From Caedibacter taeniospiralis (lineage in GTDB: Bacteria > Pseudomonadota > Gammaproteobacteria > Francisellales > Francisellaceae): a DNA stretch of 32,000 nucleotides. The number at the start of each line of letters is the position of its first letter. The first letter of the stretch is position 1. Below, in pieces: positions 25,424 to 32,000 of the stretch. The translations under genes were made by a program, and so were the position numbers. The stretch lies in NCBI RefSeq assembly GCF_002803295.2, contig NZ_PGGB02000006.1, forward strand, positions 10,157-42,156, read 5' to 3'. Under the pieces are notes generated by a model. The model was not told the origin of the DNA. It made no database searches and saw nothing but the letters and a program-made list of their open reading frames with translations.

Positions 25424-27445
25424 ATGCGACTTGATAGACAAAATAACCCATTTCAGCTGGCGACAAATTACGCACCAGCAGGGGATCAGCCTGATGCTAT
25501 TGCTTCGTTGACAAAAGGACTACATGACGGTCTCAGGCATCAGACACTTCTTGGTGTTACAGGCTCTGGCAAAACCTATACGATTGCCAACGTTATCCAA
25601 AATGTTCAGCGCCCCACCTTGATTTTGGCGCACAACAAAACGCTGGCCGCGCAACTTTACGCCGAGATGAAGCAGTTTTTCCCCAATAATGCTGTTGAAT
25701 ACTTCGTATCCTATTATGACTACTATCAACCTGAAGCCTATGTTGCCGCCTCTGACACTTATATTGAAAAAGATTCTTCCATTAATGAACATGTTGAACA
25801 AATGCGTCTTTCTGCGACCAAAGCCATTTTGGAACGAGAGGATGTCATCATTGTTGCCACAGTTTCTGCCATTTACGGATTGGGGGACCCTGAACAATAC
25901 ATGCAAATGCTCCTGCATTTAAAAGTTGGAGAGAAAATGGATCAACGAAGCATTTTGCGTAGGCTAAGTGACATGCAATACCAGCGCAACGACATGGATT
26001 TCTCACGAGGCACTTATCGCGTGCGCGGCGAAGTTATCGACATATTTCCTGCTGATTCAGACAAGGATGCCGTGAGAGTTGAGTTATTTGATGACGAAAT
26101 TGAAAGCATTAAGCTCATTGACCCACTCACGGGTAAAATGACCTCAAGCACTTATCGTGCCACCATTTTCCCAAGCACACATTATGTCAGCTCCAAAGAA
26201 CGTCAGCAAAGCATGGTTGAAGAAATCAAAGATGAACTGCGAGAGCGCATCCGTTACTTTCAAAAAGAAAATCGTCTACTAGAAGCCCAGCGCATTGAAC
26301 AACGCACACTCTATGATATCGAGATGATTAATGAGCTAGGTTATTGCACAGGAATCGAGAACTATTCACGGCTGCTTTCTGCACGCGCCCCTGGCGAACC
26401 ACCACCGACTTTATTAGATTATTTGCCTGAAAATGCTTTTATCGTGATCGATGAGTCGCATGTGACCATTCCGCAGTTTGGCGGAATGTACAAAGGAGAT
26501 CGCTCACGCAAAGAAAACCTGGTCAATTATGGTTTTCGTCTGCCATCTGCCTTGGATAATCGCCCTTTAAAATTCCATGAATTTGAGGCGCTTATCTCAC
26601 AGGCAATTTATGTCTCAGCAACCCCTGCCGAGTATGAGGCGAAACATCAACAAAACGTGGCTGAACAAGTGGTGCGTCCAACGGGATTATTAGATCCAAT
26701 TGTTGAAGTAAGACCCGTAACTATTCAAGTTGATGATGCATTATCGGAGATCAACAAAGCTGTGAGCAAAGATGAACGTATACTCATCACTACCCTCACC
26801 AAGCGCATGGCTGAAGATTTAACCGATTACTTAGCTGAACATGGCGTCAATGTCCGTTATCTGCATGCTGATGTTGATACGGTCGAACGCGTGGAAATCA
26901 TTCGCGATTTGCGTTTGGGCGTTTTTGATGTGCTTGTCGGAATCAATCTATTACGCGAAGGTTTAGATATGCCTGAGGTCAGCACGGTACTCATCTTTGA
27001 TGCGGACAAAGAAGGATTTTTGCGCTCAGAGCGCTCTTTGATTCAAACTATTGGGCGAGCTGCTCGCCACATCAAGGGCAAAGCTATTCTTTATGCTGAG
27101 GTCATCACAGGATCAATGCAACGAGCCATGGATGAAACGTTGCGCCGACGCAACAAGCAACAAGTGTTTAACACCAAGCACGGTATCACCCCAGCCTCCA
27201 TTAAAAAGAAGGTCGGCGACTTATTTGAGCTATCTCCCGAATTGAGTAAAAAAAGCGCGAAAAATAACGCCAGGAAAAAAGTTACTGATATTCAGGTCGA
27301 TGAGATTTTGGGCGTCAAAGAAGCCATTAACCTGATAAAAAAACTCGAAAAAACCATGAAGGATCACGCCAGAAATCTTGAGTTTGAAGAGGCAGGACAA
27401 GTCCGAGATCAGATAAAAGTCATTAAAGAGAAATATCTGTTATAA
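25424..27445 (+). CDS. uvrB: excinuclease ABC subunit B
   Basis: 673 aa. N-terminus ([29 protein letters not shown]) is colinear with E. coli UvrB. Helicase motifs and a C-terminal UVR domain ([13 protein letters not shown]) are present. Confidence 0.97.
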   Translation: MRLDRQNNPFQLATNYAPAGDQPDAIASLTKGLHDGLRHQTLLGVTGSGKTYTIANVIQNVQRPTLILAHNKTLAAQLYAEMKQFFPNNAVEYFVSYYDYYQPEAYVAASDTYIEKDSSINEHVEQMRLSATKAILEREDVIIVATVSAIYGLGDPEQYMQMLLHLKVGEKMDQRSILRRLSDMQYQRNDMDFSRGTYRVRGEVIDIFPADSDKDAVRVELFDDEIESIKLIDPLTGKMTSSTYRATIFPSTHYVSSKERQQSMVEEIKDELRERIRYFQKENRLLEAQRIEQRTLYDIEMINELGYCTGIENYSRLLSARAPGEPPPTLLDYLPENAFIVIDESHVTIPQFGGMYKGDRSRKENLVNYGFRLPSALDNRPLKFHEFEALISQAIYVSATPAEYEAKHQQNVAEQVVRPTGLLDPIVEVRPVTIQVDDALSEINKAVSKDERILITTLTKRMAEDLTDYLAEHGVNVRYLHADVDTVERVEIIRDLRLGVFDVLVGINLLREGLDMPEVSTVLIFDADKEGFLRSERSLIQTIGRAARHIKGKAILYAEVITGSMQRAMDETLRRRNKQQVFNTKHGITPASIKKKVGDLFELSPELSKKSAKNNARKKVTDIQVDEILGVKEAINLIKKLEKTMKDHARNLEFEEAGQVRDQIKVIKEKYLL

Positions 27446-27604
27446 CTAGAGTGATACATGCTGATCAAAGTAGCTGGGGTTAACGCTGATTTCAAACACC
27501 TGATTACATCGGCTTGGATAATCTTTTGAGTATTGGGTATTGTATCCTTTTTTGTCTCTGCCGTATGTGAAACAATCAACTAAACAGGGATATATCCTAT
27601 CTTT

Positions 27605-27691
<87 letters not shown>

Positions 27692-27748
27692 ACAAAACTT
27701 GTGCAATTTAGTAAAATGAACTTCCTTGCAGCCGCAAGAACAGGTGCC

Positions 27749-27776
27749 ATTCTAGCTAAAAGCATAATGATGTCAA
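27749..27776 (-). promoter_or_regulatory. candidate sigma70 promoter upstream of tRNA-Leu
   Basis: On the minus strand, TTGACA (27776-27771), a 16-nt spacer, then TAGAAT (27754-27749), about 57 nt upstream of the tRNA 5' end. Confidence 0.5.
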
Positions 27777-27809
27777 ACACTATTTTGGTCACTTTCAGCA
27801 AACGGTTTG

Positions 27810-28958
<1,149 letters not shown>

Positions 28959-28972
28959 TCATGGTAGACAAT

Positions 28973-29182
28973 TCATTCTAAAATAGCAATCATCTCCTGA
29001 GGTGGGCGCGCAATCACAGCTTTTGTACTGCTTTCTAAAATAGGGCGCTGTACAAGCTTTGGCTCTTTATACGAAAGCTCAGCAATTTCATCGTCGGAAA
29101 GTATTGTCAGACCTTTGATATTTAACTTCTGATATGCTTCATCCGAGCTACGTGCCATAAGGTGTTTCTCTAATAAATTCAC
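28973..29182 (-). pseudogene. 5'-truncated ArsC-family (glutaredoxin-type arsenate reductase-like) gene fragment
   Basis: 69 codons starting from a GTG. LMARSSDEAYQKLNIKGLTILSDDEIAELSYKEPKLVQRPILESSTKAVIARPPQEMIAILE aligns with the C-terminal ~60 residues of ArsC (LLRKNVEPYEQLGL....TDDQLIDFMLQHPILINRPIVV....RLCRPSEVVLDIL). The N-terminal ~45 aa with the catalytic Cys are absent. A TGA closes the frame just upstream, and the 5' end overlaps the ATPase gene by 35 nt. Confidence 0.6.
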
Positions 29183-29720
29183 ATCTCTGTGTAACCGTCA
29201 GCTCTTTTGGCACCATAATGATTTCAAAGCCAAATTCTTTATATACGTCCAAGTGAATTTGCTCAAAAATCAACGCGTCTTCATAGCTGATTTTGCGAGC
29301 ATCAGTATGTTTGATAAAGCCCAGATTTTCGAAAAAGAATACCTTACTCTGGTAAACGCTGGTTTTGAGACAACGATTAATTTCATCAAGTAACACAGGA
29401 GAAGGTGTAAATGCGACATTTTTCCAATGAGATAAATATTTACCAAGAGCATAGGTACAAAAAGGTGAACGATCATAAAACTGCAGATCTCCGATGGCAT
29501 TCATCTGCCTCTCTTTTTGCATACGTGTAATTTGATCTACAAAATCAGACTCTTCCCATGGCTTTTCTATGCCTTTAATTTGCTCTATGCTAATTACGTC
29601 CGTTGCAGCTTCATGAATAACAGCATACCCTAATTTTTCTAACTCTATGATCACAGAGGTTTTTCCACTGCCTGGAGTGCCTGTAAAGATGAAACGTTTA
29701 ACTTGATTTAAATTATTCAT
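29148..29720 (-). CDS. P-loop NTPase of the NadR-kinase-like (AAA_28-type) family
   Basis: 190 aa with Walker A GTPGSGKTS near the N-terminus. Size and layout match small NadR ribosylnicotinamide-kinase-like ATPases. Its ATG overlaps the upstream cyclase stop (ATGA at 29717-29720). Confidence 0.65.
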   Translation of the reverse strand: MNNLNQVKRFIFTGTPGSGKTSVIIELEKLGYAVIHEAATDVISIEQIKGIEKPWEESDFVDQITRMQKERQMNAIGDLQFYDRSPFCTYALGKYLSHWKNVAFTPSPVLLDEINRCLKTSVYQSKVFFFENLGFIKHTDARKISYEDALIFEQIHLDVYKEFGFEIIMVPKELTVTQRCEFIRETPYGT

Positions 29721-30415
29721 AAGCCAACATCCATTTCAATCAAGCCAACTAATCTTACCGGCGCTTCTGTACCAGCTTTGATTTTGATGGGCAGGACCAT
29801 AACAAAGCCGCAGGTAGGCGGCATACTATCCAAATTTGCTACATTTTCTATGATTATCTTTCCAGTGCCTAAAAAGGTTTTGTGAACTTTAAAGCCATCT
29901 TCCGGGCGATCAGGTGAAAGTGTATCAATGCCAATGGCGCTCACGCCTCGTTCAAGCAGGAGTTCTGCAGCTTCGGGGGATATAGATGGAAACACATGGT
30001 TATTATGGTATTTTGAAGGTGTGTTCCAGAATTTGTTCCAACCAGTTTTGACCATTACACATGAACCACCTGTGATCTTGCCATACTTGCTTTCAAAATC
30101 CGCCACATCTTGGGCACTCAAGGAATAGCGTTTATGGCATTTATCCGATACATCAACGACCAAACAAGGCATGATCAAATCATTTACATCAAAATCATGA
30201 ATACACTTACCCCCAGCAATACAATGGCTTGGCGCGTCCATATGAGTACCGATTCCCGAATGCATTTTGATTTTCATGACACGGAATTTATCCTCGTCGT
30301 CACAATCAGAGTAATCTATGTGGAGCTCATGATTAAACCCGCACTCACCACTCCAGGTAGGGATAGTGTCATCAAGTGCGTGGGTTAGATCAATAAGTTT
30401 GTAGGGGAAAGTCAT
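29717..30415 (-). CDS. cyclase family protein (kynurenine formamidase / isatin hydrolase-like metal hydrolase)
   Basis: Motif HSGIGTHMDAPSHC fits the HxGTHxDxPxH signature of the putative-cyclase/KynB family, and the C-terminal GTEAPVRL also fits. I chose the start at 30415 (MTFPYKLIDLTHAL). The ORF track allows 30448. Neither has a strong SD. Confidence 0.75.
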   Translation of the reverse strand: MTFPYKLIDLTHALDDTIPTWSGECGFNHELHIDYSDCDDEDKFRVMKIKMHSGIGTHMDAPSHCIAGGKCIHDFDVNDLIMPCLVVDVSDKCHKRYSLSAQDVADFESKYGKITGGSCVMVKTGWNKFWNTPSKYHNNHVFPSISPEAAELLLERGVSAIGIDTLSPDRPEDGFKVHKTFLGTGKIIIENVANLDSMPPTCGFVMVLPIKIKAGTEAPVRLVGLIEMDVGL

Positions 30416-30586
30416 CAAACATCTCACATCAATTTCTTCGTAAACCATACCAGATCATCACATCTGTGACCAGTTTGAATCATAGGGGACCACTGTGATA
30501 CTTCTTTTTTATCCATAGAATTTTAGCTCCACACATCAACACCCTCTTTCCTCATACAAACCCAAGCAATCAATTTCATTGCTTGC

Positions 30587-31753
30587 CTAGCTTATTGCCG
30601 TTGCAATGTCCTTATAGTTGACCAAGGAAAACTTCCCCTCTATCTTGTAATGCTGTTTACCTGCATAGACGAGGAAAGCTTTACTCATGCGCTCCCCCAC
30701 AAGAGAGCCGAAGTATTCTAATCCTTTTAGGAAGCTCGGATCAAAACTTTTTGCTGATTTGATCTCGATAGGAATTAAATCATTTGCACGTTTATACACA
30801 AGATCAACTTCGTTACCGTGATTGTCACGAAAGAAATATAAATTTGGCTCTAAGCCCCGATTAAAGCGAGCTTTTATGAGCTCTAAAACAACCAGATTTT
30901 CTACAATACTACCTCTTAAAGGATCTCTGGAGATCTGATTAATATTCTCTATGCCAAGGAGATAGCTCACAAGTCCCACATCAAAAAAATAAAGCTTAGG
31001 AGATTTAATTAAGCGCTTGCCAAAGTTTTCGTAATAGGGTGCAATCCGAAAAATAACATACGAAGCTTCCAAAATAGATAACCAATTCCCAATCGTTGCT
31101 GCGGATACGCCCACTTCATTGGCAAGATTTGTCTGGCTAAATATCTGTCCTACACGACTGGCACACAGTCTAAAGAATTTTTGAAATAATAATAAATCAT
31201 GAACCTTGCTCATATGGCGAATATCACGCTCAATATAAGTACCCACATAACTTCTATAGAATGTTTGCGCATCCTGGCTTTTGGCGTAGATTGCAGGCAT
31301 AAAACCATTGAGAAGGTACTCATCTAAATCCAGTTCTATTTGCTGTGTTTTGAGTTCGCCGATGCTTAAAGGAAGTAGAGAGATAAGGGCCGTGCGTCCC
31401 GCTAAAGACTGGCTAATTGCTTCATGCAAATCAAGTTGCTGACTTCCCGTCAGGATATATAATCCATTTTGCTGCTTTTGATCCACCATAACCTGCAAAT
31501 ATGATAAGAGCTTTGGGACTCGCTGAATTTCATCTATGATCGCGCCATCTGGAAATTGATCAATAAAGCCTCTCCCATCAAGCATTGCAAATTCGCGAAC
31601 ATCAGGATCTTCTAGATTTGTGTAAGGTTTATCTGGGAACAATTCTCTTGCTATCGTTGTTTTACCGACTTGCCTTGGTCCCACCAAAGTAACTATAGGA
31701 TACTGCTGTGCCATCTTTTTTATGGGTTCACTCACAAGGCGTTGAATGTTCAT
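30587..31753 (-). CDS. AAA+ ATPase with DUF4143-type C-terminal domain
   Basis: 388 aa with Walker A GPRQVGKTT and a Walker B-like IIDEIQ. The C-terminal segment GNEVDLV....IPIEIKSA resembles a PD-(D/E)xK nuclease-like core, as in the AAA_14/DUF4143 family. Confidence 0.75.
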   Translation of the reverse strand: MNIQRLVSEPIKKMAQQYPIVTLVGPRQVGKTTIARELFPDKPYTNLEDPDVREFAMLDGRGFIDQFPDGAIIDEIQRVPKLLSYLQVMVDQKQQNGLYILTGSQQLDLHEAISQSLAGRTALISLLPLSIGELKTQQIELDLDEYLLNGFMPAIYAKSQDAQTFYRSYVGTYIERDIRHMSKVHDLLLFQKFFRLCASRVGQIFSQTNLANEVGVSAATIGNWLSILEASYVIFRIAPYYENFGKRLIKSPKLYFFDVGLVSYLLGIENINQISRDPLRGSIVENLVVLELIKARFNRGLEPNLYFFRDNHGNEVDLVYKRANDLIPIEIKSAKSFDPSFLKGLEYFGSLVGERMSKAFLVYAGKQHYKIEGKFSLVNYKDIATAIS

Positions 31754-31820
31754 TCTGTGTATTTATCTAAAACAATTTTATATTTACACGGAGTTTATCT
31801 TTAAAGACAGGTAAATTCAA

Positions 31821-31848
31821 GTAGGGGCGAAATATTTTTCTCCCCTAC
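31821..31848. repeat. REP-like hairpin gtagggg-N14-cccctac
   Basis: Perfect 7-bp GC-rich stem that covers the stop codon of the partial CDS to its right. It shares the gtaggggcg core with the repeats at 6251-6308 and 10441-10496. It may double as a weak terminator. Confidence 0.5.
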
Positions 31849-32000
31849 GCGTCAAGACACTCTGATACCAGGTCTATTACATTACGCTCAATCGGATCAA
31901 AACTCATGCCAATCAGATAAACAGGCTTATTGATACTAAGATATTTTTCCGCATAGTTTTTATCTTTAATCTGCTGAATAGCATTCTTGGCATCCCCCAG
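31845..32000 (-). CDS. C-terminal fragment of an AAA-ATPase-like/PD-(D/E)xK (PDDEXK_9-type) protein, gene continues right of window
   Basis: The minus-strand frame is open from the window edge: LGDAKNAIQQIKDKNYAEKYLSINKPVYLIGMSFDPIERNVIDLVSECLDA* (TAG at 31847-31845). The ..A..QI..K.Y.EKY......IYLIG..F motif is typical of the C-terminus of that family as I recall it. Confidence 0.5.
   Translation of the reverse strand: MGDAKNAIQQIKDKNYAEKYLSINKPVYLIGMSFDPIERNVIDLVSECLDA

Noticed and set aside
30474-30586. Possible leftover N-terminus of the truncated arsC gene upstream of the cassette (minus-strand peptide MKLIAWVCMRKEGVDVWS)
   Set aside because: The resemblance to ArsC-family N-termini is limited to a Cys and a K.GV.V patch in 18 codons. 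This cannot be distinguished from chance.

Overview
The window is mostly gammaproteobacterial core chromosome, about 40% GC. Protein similarities look Legionellales-like, but that placement is inference. Gene order left to right is as follows. yggT. The ribF-ileS-lspA operon (-). An orphan Fic gene. The class Ia ribonucleotide reductase operon nrdA-nrdB-yfaE (-). cca (-). msbA-lpxK (+). A small membrane ORF plus a DsbB-family gene (-). A tandem USP protein. A FUSC-type membrane protein. An unassigned polytopic membrane protein. ispB. A three-gene acyltransferase/thioesterase/LolA-like module. A LysM lipoprotein. tRNA-Pro(GGG). A CspA-family gene. kdsD. A Fis-like gene. uvrB. tRNA-Leu(CAA). tgt. 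The right end (about 28.97-32.0 kb) looks accessory: a truncated arsC-family gene abuts a cyclase + NadR-like P-loop ATPase cassette, followed by two ATPase/nuclease-type genes. The strongest non-coding signal is a clear cobalamin riboswitch in the nrdA leader. It is separated from the nrdA start codon by a 173-bp element with perfect 27-bp inverted termini, and it is flanked by several REP-like repeat families that also occupy the nrdB-yfaE spacer. Other points worth a look are listed here. An in-frame TGA lies near the 5' end of the DsbB-family gene. An unlisted 52-codon membrane ORF is coupled to that gene. A 167-nt rod-like imperfect palindrome lies between cspA and kdsD. A decayed ycgN-like remnant follows ispB. 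I saw no CRISPR array, rRNA, transposase or integrase. I cannot point to one clearly novel multi-gene system. The best candidates are the cyclase/ATPase cassette with its neighbouring ATPase-nuclease genes, the lipid-type three-gene module, and the riboswitch/inverted-repeat leader. All family assignments come from reading motifs by eye and need database confirmation.
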